NCBI RefSeq assembly: GCF_988242995.1
Contig: NZ_OZ547043.1
Direction: 5' to 3' (one strand)
Length of the DNA: 64,000 nt
The translations under genes were made by a program, and so were the position numbers. Under the pieces are notes generated by a model. It saw only the letters and a list, made by a program, of their open reading frames with translations. It was not told where the DNA came from and did not search any database. Shown here in pieces: positions 24,792-32,285 of the stretch. Position 1 is the first letter of the stretch; the number at the start of each line of letters is the position of its first letter.

Positions 24792-25364
24792 TTACACAGA
24801 CTGATGTGATGCCAGTTGCGCACTTTTACGCGAAAAAATCATGTTCTGCGCAGGAGTGAATTTTTCACGGCTGTCATCCACCGAAGCCGCGTCAGGCCTG
24901 AATCCGATGGTCGTTAAAATGTCGCTATCCTGTGCGGAATAATTAATTTTTTCACCCTTCGCAAGCCAGGACTGGAGGGCTTCACGCAGGGCATCTGTGG
25001 CACGCTGTATGGCACAGTTTCGGGCAATGGCCGTCAGCTCACTGTAGCCCATCAGCTCCGGTGCCAGTGCCGCCGCCAGTGCTGTGCCGTGCTGCTGCAT
25101 AAAATCATTCAGCCGGTCGCGGATGCTGATGTGCTGAACGGCTTCATGCGAACGAATATAACGACCGGCGGCCTGATTCACCTGCCATTTTCTGACTTCG
25201 ATAATATTGCGTAATTCGTCCAGGCGACTGACGTTTCTGCCTTCTCCTGACAGAAGCCGCAGGTATTCCTGTTCGGCCGCTGCCAGCTCATTTTTGCGTT
25301 GCAGCCATGCTGCTTTGTTATTCTGACAGGTGTCAAAGGCCTGCTGTAAGGCTGTGCTTTCCAT
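24792..25364 (-). CDS. psu: Polarity suppression protein Psu (P4-like)
   Basis: 190 aa ORF MESTALQQAFDTCQNNKAAWLQRK…, recalled as P4 Psu; length matches. Confidence 0.85.
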   Translation of the reverse strand: MESTALQQAFDTCQNNKAAWLQRKNELAAAEQEYLRLLSGEGRNVSRLDELRNIIEVRKWQVNQAAGRYIRSHEAVQHISIRDRLNDFMQQHGTALAAALAPELMGYSELTAIARNCAIQRATDALREALQSWLAKGEKINYSAQDSDILTTIGFRPDAASVDDSREKFTPAQNMIFSRKSAQLASHQSV

Positions 25365-25437
25365 CGTTATCTCTTTCTCATCATGCTGAAGAATAAAAAT
25401 ACGGTGTGCGGCGACGGCCGGTGTTAACCGGCAGCCC

Positions 25438-25938
25438 TCATTCCAGACGCAGCGAATATGATTGTGTTTTTAACCGTACTGGCGGCAGTTCCTGTTTTTC
25501 ATGCAGGCGTTCTGCCAGTTCGTCCGGCGTGACCGGGCGGACAATGAAACGGTTGATGGTCTGAAGCGTTTTAAACACCAGACCACAGCCCGGATCCGTG
25601 CACACATAAAAACGCTCGGTGACTTCCTGAGACAGACGCCGCGATGTTCTTGACAGTGCAAGGCCTTTACATCTCCGACAACAATATCCGGTAACAAGCA
25701 TTCTTTTCGGCCGTTTCATACTGCCGGAGGCTGACGTCAGTGAATCGCGGTATCTCTGTTTGCCTGAAATGTATTCCATTCCTGAATCTTTACAGTCAGA
25801 GAAAAAGCTTTCACTCGCTTCAAATGTCGCAGAGCAATAAATATTCCGGCACTGTGCAATCATTATCTTGGTGCCATCGTCCATGAAATGTGCGCGACGG
25901 GTGTGAGCAACATGTCCACACGACGGGCAGTAAATCAT
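25438..25938 (-). CDS. delta: Late-gene transcriptional activator Delta (Ogr/Delta zinc-finger family)
   Basis: 166 aa; CPSCGH…C…C zinc-finger at N-terminus and a second Cys cluster; same size as P4 Delta. Confidence 0.85.
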   Translation of the reverse strand: MIYCPSCGHVAHTRRAHFMDDGTKIMIAQCRNIYCSATFEASESFFSDCKDSGMEYISGKQRYRDSLTSASGSMKRPKRMLVTGYCCRRCKGLALSRTSRRLSQEVTERFYVCTDPGCGLVFKTLQTINRFIVRPVTPDELAERLHEKQELPPVRLKTQSYSLRLE

Positions 25939-26669
25939 GACAGCAGCCCTCTGGCCTTAAGCTCTGCTCCCTGCTGGTCTATTTTGTCCTGCCACACCTT
26001 GCGCTGTGCCGGTGTGCCTGCCACCTCATAATCCATGTGCGGGAGTGTTGCCGCTGACAGTCCGGCCAGCCGGAGAACCGGCTCGCCGGTGAGGCTGATT
26101 TGCATCTGTTTTATTTTCTGTTCCAGCGATGATTTCACCTGCTGCATGACAGCCTTTTCCGGCGCGACGTAGCCCTGATGGCCGGTGGTGTTGGCGAGCG
26201 GATTTTCCTGTACCAGGATGCTCAGATGCATTGCCCGGACAAGCGCCTCACAGGTTTCATTCAGGGCGTGTTCCAGCTCATGCTCTGCATACAGACTCAG
26301 CAGGTGATGATGTGCCTTCCGGTAGGCGGTGGCCGTGCTGTCACACGCCCCTTTCAGGCGTTCACATTCAAAATTCAGCACCACGGCCAGATTGTCATAT
26401 TCCTGTACCAGCTCCCGGCGTGCCACGCGCTCAATGTGGCGCTGTTTCAGCTCATCGCTCAGGACACCACCGGCTGCACGAAAGGCCGTGCGCCAGTCGT
26501 CAGCGTCGTTTCCGTCGGCCTGCGTCAGCGCATTTTTTTCCTGCTCTGCCCGTTCAATGGCCGTGATGGTCTCATCCATCAGGCGGGCGTTCTCAAGATG
26601 AGCGGCTCTGGCCTTTTCCAGTTGTGCCAGCGCGGGTTGCAGATATTCAGGGATGGTGTTGTCAGACAT
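25935..26669 (-). CDS. sid: Capsid size determination protein Sid (P4-like)
   Basis: Start chosen at MSDNTIPEYLQPALAQLEKAR (244 aa); ORF track extends 22 codons upstream; overlaps delta start. Confidence 0.8.
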   Translation of the reverse strand: MSDNTIPEYLQPALAQLEKARAAHLENARLMDETITAIERAEQEKNALTQADGNDADDWRTAFRAAGGVLSDELKQRHIERVARRELVQEYDNLAVVLNFECERLKGACDSTATAYRKAHHHLLSLYAEHELEHALNETCEALVRAMHLSILVQENPLANTTGHQGYVAPEKAVMQQVKSSLEQKIKQMQISLTGEPVLRLAGLSAATLPHMDYEVAGTPAQRKVWQDKIDQQGAELKARGLLS

Positions 26670-26703
26670 TTTCCGGCTCCTCGTCACTTCAGGTTGAGAA
26701 AAT

Positions 26704-26759
26704 TGTGACGTACACCGGACAACAACACGACGCATTGCAGATGTGCCAGCCCTGACACA
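26704..26759 (-). promoter_or_regulatory. Candidate Psid late promoter with two TGT-N12-ACA Delta/Ogr-type dyads
   Basis: tgt-gacgtacaccgg-aca (26704-26721) and tgt-gccagccctgac-aca (26742-26759), centres 38 bp apart, immediately upstream of sid. Confidence 0.6.
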
Positions 26760-26838
26760 GGAGACTCATCCTCAGACCGGCAAGCCAGGAAAAGGTCGCA
26801 GGAAAAACCGGCTTACTGTTTGTTTTTTTATATTTTAC

Positions 26839-26942
26839 TGTTCACCTCTGTTCACCTTAAGAAAAAAGATAAGTAATACAGTAAGTTAAAGGATGAACAA
26901 TCGCAGTAATGACTGTTCACCGTCTGTTCACCACTGTTCACC
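26839..26942. repeat. Cluster of five direct TGTTCACC octamers (P4 ori-like alpha-binding iterons)
   Basis: tgttcacc at 26839, 26849, 26914, 26925, 26935; same octamer recurs in repeats downstream of alpha. Confidence 0.7.
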
Positions 26943-27101
26943 CGCTCATGGACTTTTTGTGCTGTTTACTACTGTTTGTTTTTATTAATTCGCCGGGAAT
27001 GAATAAGAAGAAACGATTTGTATTTCACTATAAAAATTACGAATTGCTTTAAGTGGCTTTAAATGACTTTAAGTGGAGATGAACAAAAAATACACAAGCA
27101 T

Positions 27102-27119
27102 TGTAAGGCTGCCGGAACA
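27102..27119 (+). promoter_or_regulatory. Candidate Delta-dependent leftward-operon promoter element (TGT-N12-ACA)
   Basis: tgt-aaggctgccgga-aca upstream of the AlpA/Vis-like gene; an imperfect second dyad follows. Confidence 0.35.
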
Positions 27120-27221
27120 AATCCCCCCTGTTGCGTCTGCCGAAAATATTCACAAAATAAAGCGCTACCCGAAGCCGGACGGACTTATCCGGTGCTGTAT
27201 GGACATTAACGAGGTAGCCCG

Positions 27222-27488
27222 ATGCAATCTGTTTTTTCTTCCCCGTCTCCCGCCCCAGTGACGCCACTGATGCCGCTGCCGGACATCACGCAGGAGCGTT
27301 TTTTACGTCTGCCGGAAGTGATGCACCTGTGCGGCCTGTCACGCTCGACCATCTATGAACTTATCCGTAAGGGGGAATTTCCGCCGCAGGTGAGTCTTGG
27401 CGGTAAAAATGTGGCCTGGCTGCACTCTGAAGTCACCGCATGGATGGCCGGGCGCATTGCCGGACGCAAACGGGGGTACGACGCATGA
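27222..27488 (+). CDS. AlpA/Vis-family small DNA-binding protein (excisionase/regulator)
   Basis: …[52 protein letters not shown] is AlpA-like HTH; a later start at Met-17 (27270) is possible. Confidence 0.75.
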   Translation: MQSVFSSPSPAPVTPLMPLPDITQERFLRLPEVMHLCGLSRSTIYELIRKGEFPPQVSLGGKNVAWLHSEVTAWMAGRIAGRKRGYDA

Positions 27489-27886
27489 TGATGCCCGCTC
27501 TGCAAAAAGTCCCTTTTTCTGGCTTGCCTTTTTCCGGCATTTGCGGATATAGTTTTTCCGCTGCCGCAAAATCGGCAGCCGGGCGTGGAAACCCGAGTAT
27601 GTTATCGGCGACATATGACGCGCCATGCGTCTTTTTTTGTGTCGCAATCAACGCCACAGAGCGCCAGATTATGGTGTGGTGTGTGGTCAGTCGAGCAAAT
27701 GGCACTCCGTGCATTCTGCCCGCGTCCGCTCATTATACCGCAGAGTCAATGGTAGCTCAGGCGGGGCAGCCTCCGCGCTGGCCGGTTTCCGATAACGCCG
27801 GTATTTCCACCCCCGTCTGGGCTATCGCCATCGAGCGTGGAAACTCCGGCGATAGCGTCATTTACGCTGTTATCGGAGGTTGCCTT

Positions 27887-28084
27887 ATGGCTACGACCCT
27901 TATCCCCTCACACCCTGAATTTGTCTTTGTGTTTGCGGCTGTCCGTCGCGCAGACCGTCATCCCCGTATCTGTATGCTTCGCACCGTCGCCGGTGATGAA
28001 CGCAGCGCCCGCCGTTCCCTTGTCCGTGACTATGTGCTCTCCCTTGCTGCCCGTCTGCCGGTGGTGGAGGTGTCCCGTGCGTAA
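27887..28084 (+). CDS. Small hypothetical protein (65 aa) in satellite left operon
   Basis: ATG 7 nt after GGAGG; lies within long frame 27440-28084; overlaps next gene start. Confidence 0.35.
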   Translation: MATTLIPSHPEFVFVFAAVRRADRHPRICMLRTVAGDERSARRSLVRDYVLSLAARLPVVEVSRA

Positions 28085-28364
28085 TAAAAAAGCCCCTCAG
28101 ACCGTCTCAGCACGTCATGACGCCCGTGAACACCTCAGCATTGAGGCTTACCATAAGCTCAACCGCGCCAGCGCCGTATCCCAGTTTGTTGGGGGTGATT
28201 TGATTCACCGTGAACTCTCCGGCCTGCATCAGCTCTACATTCCGCATATTTTCAGCTACCTGAATGAAGATATTGATTTTGTGCTGAATGAGCTGAAAGC
28301 CAAAGGCCTGTGCCGCGATTTTCTCGCCCAGCAGAAAGACCGGGGAGACAGGACGCATGTTTGA
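28077..28364 (+). CDS. Hypothetical 95-aa protein, candidate P4 epsilon-like (anti-repressor) by position and size
   Basis: GTG start after ggagg; 95 aa, same size as P4 epsilon and directly upstream of a 151-aa ORF; sequence identity not verified. Confidence 0.4.
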   Translation: MRNKKAPQTVSARHDAREHLSIEAYHKLNRASAVSQFVGGDLIHRELSGLHQLYIPHIFSYLNEDIDFVLNELKAKGLCRDFLAQQKDRGDRTHV

Positions 28365-28812
28365 TTTTCCCCAGCCCGGTGAGATTTACCGTTCTGCCGG
28401 TTTTCCCGATGTGGCCGTGGTCGGCATTCTGGAAGACGGTATTCCGTGGGAAATGCCGTACCGCTGCCCGGACATTGTCTGGAACCCGTACCGCCGTAAA
28501 TTCAGTATCCTTGTGCGTATCCTCGCTGACGGGCGCACCACAGACATCCCGCTGGGGCGTTTTCTGCGGGAATTTACCTGTGACCGTCCTGACCTGTTTA
28601 AACGCAGCCCCGTAAACCGGCATGCGGTACTGAAAGAAATGGCCGGAGACCCGGAATTACAGAAATGGCGGGAGAAATATCTGGATATTTACCCGCAGGA
28701 CCCTGTTCCGGTCAGCCGGGCGGCACCGGTGGCGCGGGAATGGCGGGAAATTCCCCGCACGGAGCCTGACCCGGAAACCACCCCGGATAACAGTTACCGC
28801 AATTATCTGTAA
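28357..28812 (+). CDS. Hypothetical protein, P4 orf151-like
   Basis: 151 aa ORF, start overlaps preceding stop (ATGTTTGA); position and length match P4 orf151. Confidence 0.55.
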   Translation: MFDFPQPGEIYRSAGFPDVAVVGILEDGIPWEMPYRCPDIVWNPYRRKFSILVRILADGRTTDIPLGRFLREFTCDRPDLFKRSPVNRHAVLKEMAGDPELQKWREKYLDIYPQDPVPVSRAAPVAREWREIPRTEPDPETTPDNSYRNYL

Positions 28813-28947
28813 TTAAAAAACGACACCCGAAAAATTAAATGTGCGTATTCGCGCAGGGATACGCACGTCTTCAGGAGACGCAGATATGCCTTATCAGTTA
28901 ATGCAACCGGCACGGAATGCAGTCATCTGTCACAGGGAGGAAAACAA

Positions 28948-29268
28948 ATGAAAACACCCTTACCGCCCGTCTTACGCGCTGCCCTTTACCGTCGCGCTGT
29001 CGCCTGTGCCTGGCTGACCGTGTGCGAACGTCAGCACCGCTACCCGCATCTCACCCTTGAGTCACTGGAGGCGGCCATCGCCGCTGAGCTGGAAGGCTTT
29101 TATCTGCGCCAGCACGGTGAGGAAAAAGGGCGTCAGATAGCCTGTGCCCTGCTGGAAGATTTAATGGAATCCGGCCCCCTGAAGGCCGCGCCGTCGCTGT
29201 CCTTTCTCGGGCTGGTTGTGATGGATGAACTCTGTGCCCGTCACATAAAAGCGCCGGTACTGCACTGA
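28948..29268 (+). CDS. Hypothetical 106-aa protein, candidate Cnr-like copy-number regulator
   Basis: 106 aa ORF immediately upstream of alpha, as for P4 cnr; assignment by position and size only. Confidence 0.4.
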
Positions 29269-29282
29269 AGGAGAACAACACC

Positions 29283-31616
29283 ATGAAAATGAACGTAACC
29301 GCCACCGTCAGCCATGCGCTCGGCCACTGGCCGCGTATTCTCCCGGCGCTGGGGATTCAGGTGCTGAAGAACCATCATCAGCCCTGTCCGGTCTGTGGCG
29401 GGAGTGACCGCTTCCGTTTTGATGACAGGGAGGGGCGCGGCACCTGGTACTGCAATCAGTGTGGTGCCGGTGACGGCCTGAAACTGGTTGAAAAGGTGTT
29501 TGGTGTCTCCCCGTCCGACGCGGCCGCAAAGGTGGCTGCCGTGACCGGCAGTCTGCCCCCGGCTGACCCGGCAGTGACGGCTGCCGCCGTTGCTGAAACA
29601 GACGCTGCCCGGAAGAACGCCGCCGCACTGGTACAAACCCTGATGGCAAAAACCCGTCCCGGAACCGGTAACGCCTACCTGACCCGCAAGGGCTTTCCCG
29701 GCCGGGAATGCCGGATGCTGACCGGCACACACAGAGCCGGTGGCGTGAGCTGGCGCGCCGGTGACCTTGTGGTGCCACTGTATGACGACAGCGGCGAACT
29801 GGTTAACCTTCAGTTAATCAGTGCTGACGGCCGTAAGCGCACCCTGAAAGGCGGACAGGTCAGGGGCACCTGTCACACCCTTGAAGGACAGAATCAGGCC
29901 GGAAAACGTCTGTGGATAGCGGAGGGATACGCGACCGCACTTACCGTGCATCACCTGACCGGTGAAACGGTGATGGTGGCGCTTTCTTCCGTGAATCTCC
30001 TTTCTCTGGCCAGCCTTGCCCGGCAGAAGCATCCGGCCTGTCAGATTGTCCTTGCTGCTGACCGTGACCTCAGCGGTGACGGCCAGAAAAAAGCCGCCGC
30101 AGCCGCAGATGCGTGTGAAGGTGTTGTTGCCCTGCCGCCGGTCTTCGGTGACTGGAATGATGCCTTCACGCAGTACGGCGGGGAAGCCACCCGTAAGGCC
30201 ATTTATGATGCCATCCGGCCACCGGCTGAAAGCCCGTTCGACACCATGAGCGAAGCGGAGTTTTCCGCCATGAGTACCAGCGAAAAGGCCATGCGTATCT
30301 ATGAGCATTACGGCGAGGCGCTCGCGGTCGATGCCAACGGCCAGCTTCTGTCCCGCTATGAAAATGGTGTCTGGAAGGTGCTGCCGCCACAGGACTTTGC
30401 CCGGGATGTGGCCGGGCTGTTTCAGCGTCTGCGAGCGCCGTTCTCCTCCGGGAAGGTGGCCTCCGTGGTGGACACCCTGAAGCTGATTATTCCGCAGCAG
30501 GAAGCCCCCTCCCGCCGCCTGATTGGCTTTCGTAACGGCGTGCTCGACACGCAGAACGGCACGTTCCACCCGCACAGTCCGTCACACTGGATGCGCACCC
30601 TGTGCGATGTGGATTTCACCCCGCCGGTGGACGGTGAAACGCTGGAAACCCACGCCCCCGCCTTCTGGCGCTGGCTTGACCGTGCCGCCGGTGGCCGTGC
30701 GGAAAAACGCGACGTGATTCTGGCTGCACTGTTTATGGTGCTGGCAAACCGCTACGACTGGCAGCTCTTTCTGGAGGTGACCGGTCCCGGCGGCAGCGGC
30801 AAAAGTATCATGGCCGAAATCGCCACCCTGCTGGCCGGGGAGGATAACGCCACGTCGGCCACCATCGAGACGCTGGAATCCCCGCGTGAACGTGCCGCGT
30901 TAACTGGCTTCTCACTGATACGCCTGCCGGATCAGGAAAAATGGAGCGGCGACGGTGCCGGACTCAAGGCCATCACCGGCGGCGATGCGGTGTCCGTTGA
31001 CCCGAAATACCGGGATGCGTACTCCACGCACATCCCGGCGGTGATTCTGGCCGTGAACAATAACCCGATGCGCTTCACCGACCGCAGCGGCGGCGTGTCA
31101 CGCCGGCGGGTGATTATTCACTTCCCGGAACAGATAGCCCCGCAGGAGCGCGACCCGCAGCTTAAGGACAAAATCACCCGCGAGCTGGCGGTCATCGTGC
31201 GTCACCTGATGCAGAAGTTCAGCGACCCGATGCTCGCCCGGTCACTGCTTCAGTCCCAGCAGAACTCAGACGAGGCACTGAACATCAAACGGGATGCCGA
31301 CCCGACGTTTGATTTTATCGGCTATCTGGAAACCCTGCCGCAGACCAGCGGCATGTATATGGGGAACGCCAGTATCATCCCGCGTAATTACCGTAAATAC
31401 CTCTATCACGCCTATCTGGCCTACATGGAGGCAAACGGCTACCGGAATGTACTCAGTCTGAAAATGTTCGGACTGGGGCTGCCGGTGATGCTGAAAGAAT
31501 ACGGGCTGAATTACGAGAAGCGCCATACCAAACAGGGGATACAGACCAACCTGACGCTGAAAGAAGAAAGCTACGGCGACTGGCTGCCAAAATGTGACGA
31601 CCCTGCAACAGCCTGA
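29283..31616 (+). CDS. alpha: Alpha primase-helicase replication protein (P4-like)
   Basis: 777 aa, same length as P4 alpha; zinc-binding primase motif CPVCGGSDRFRF…YCNQCG; Walker A GPGGSGKS. Confidence 0.9.
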   Translation: MKMNVTATVSHALGHWPRILPALGIQVLKNHHQPCPVCGGSDRFRFDDREGRGTWYCNQCGAGDGLKLVEKVFGVSPSDAAAKVAAVTGSLPPADPAVTAAAVAETDAARKNAAALVQTLMAKTRPGTGNAYLTRKGFPGRECRMLTGTHRAGGVSWRAGDLVVPLYDDSGELVNLQLISADGRKRTLKGGQVRGTCHTLEGQNQAGKRLWIAEGYATALTVHHLTGETVMVALSSVNLLSLASLARQKHPACQIVLAADRDLSGDGQKKAAAAADACEGVVALPPVFGDWNDAFTQYGGEATRKAIYDAIRPPAESPFDTMSEAEFSAMSTSEKAMRIYEHYGEALAVDANGQLLSRYENGVWKVLPPQDFARDVAGLFQRLRAPFSSGKVASVVDTLKLIIPQQEAPSRRLIGFRNGVLDTQNGTFHPHSPSHWMRTLCDVDFTPPVDGETLETHAPAFWRWLDRAAGGRAEKRDVILAALFMVLANRYDWQLFLEVTGPGGSGKSIMAEIATLLAGEDNATSATIETLESPRERAALTGFSLIRLPDQEKWSGDGAGLKAITGGDAVSVDPKYRDAYSTHIPAVILAVNNNPMRFTDRSGGVSRRRVIIHFPEQIAPQERDPQLKDKITRELAVIVRHLMQKFSDPMLARSLLQSQQNSDEALNIKRDADPTFDFIGYLETLPQTSGMYMGNASIIPRNYRKYLYHAYLAYMEANGYRNVLSLKMFGLGLPVMLKEYGLNYEKRHTKQGIQTNLTLKEESYGDWLPKCDDPATA

Positions 31617-31623
31617 CCCACCT

Positions 31624-31648
31624 GACCGGCATCTGCCGGTCTTTTTTT
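31624..31648 (+). terminator. Rho-independent terminator after alpha
   Basis: gaccggca/tgccggtc stem followed by TTTTTTT. Confidence 0.6.
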
Positions 31649-31666
31649 ATCCCTGAATCCCCCGAA

Positions 31667-31962
31667 GGTGAACAATCCAGTGTTCACCCTTCACCGTATA
31701 TTCACCCGTTATCACACTGAAATTAAAAGAGAAAAACGAAAGGTGAACAGTGTGAACAATCAAATCAAAAAAAACTTTTTTTCTTCCTGTGTGATTTTCA
31801 GCACGGGAAATTAATCCCCTGCACAAGTCACACCGGCAGAATGCCGGAGGTGAAGAATCGAATGTTCACCCTTCACCCATTATTCACCACCTATCACTCT
31901 GAAATAAAAGGAGAAAACAGAAAGGTGAACAGTGTGAACAGTTCTTTCGAAAAAAAATTTTT
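31667..31962. repeat. crr-like region: two ~115-bp direct repeats carrying TGTTCACC / GGTGAACA iterons
   Basis: Repeat units at ~31667-31790 and ~31849-31962 (ggtgaa.aatc..atgttcacccttcacc…aaaggtgaacagtgtgaaca…aaaaaa.ttttttt), period ~182 bp. Confidence 0.75.
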
Positions 31963-32026
31963 TTCCTGTACGATATAGCATCAATCCAAGTAAAAATGCG
32001 CTTTCATTTCACATTAACTTACAGCC

Positions 32027-32049
32027 ATTGGTATACGATTAGGTATACG
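32027..32049. repeat. Distal copy of GGTATACG(A/T)TTAGGTATACG motif near attR
   Basis: attggtatacgattaggtatacg, direct repeat of 20481-20503. Confidence 0.55.
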
Positions 32050-32106
32050 CACAAAAAATGAATTAAACAAAATCATTAAAAATCAAAGCAATACAATATT
32101 TATTCA

Positions 32107-32124
32107 AACTCCGCCAGCTCCACC
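32107..32124 (+). repeat. attR: imperfect direct repeat of ssrA 3' end
   Basis: actccgccagctccacca versus ssrA end actcccgccagctccacca (20351-20369). Confidence 0.75.
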
Positions 32125-32285
32125 AATCATGATTGAACGGTGCAAGGACAACACCAACAAAAACAGGAAGTTATAAGTCTCAGCAAGACACCGACCAGAC
32201 GGTGAGGAGACAAAAAAGGATACGCAAAGGAGCCGCGGCTCCTGGTGATATGAAAGCCCACAGATGTGGGCTTTTTCGTTGATGG

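Larger units (their letters stand above)
20370..32124. mobile_element. P4-like phage satellite prophage integrated at ssrA 3' end (~11.7 kb)
   Basis: int next to ssrA; cos 19-mer; psu-delta-sid; alpha primase; TGTTCACC iterons; imperfect 17-18 bp copy of ssrA 3' end (ctccgccagctccacca) at 32107-32124 as attR. Confidence 0.85.

Noticed and set aside
27601-27876. Possible P4-like seqA/seqB/seqC immunity RNA target sites (gttatcgg … ccgataac … gttatcgg)
   Set aside because: Complementarity is only 8-9 nt, which is expected by chance in a ~600 bp region; not reportable as a feature without RNA evidence.
27440-28364. Long overlapping plus-strand ORFs of 214 aa and 175 aa
   Set aside because: Likely stop-free runs in GC-rich DNA; only the RBS-preceded C-terminal portions (27887-28084 and 28077-28364) were kept, at low confidence.
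29241-30575. Several long minus-strand ORFs (163, 156, 253 aa) inside alpha
   Set aside because: GC-rich shadow ORFs with Arg/Gly/Pro-rich low-complexity translations; alpha on the plus strand has clear primase and Walker motifs.
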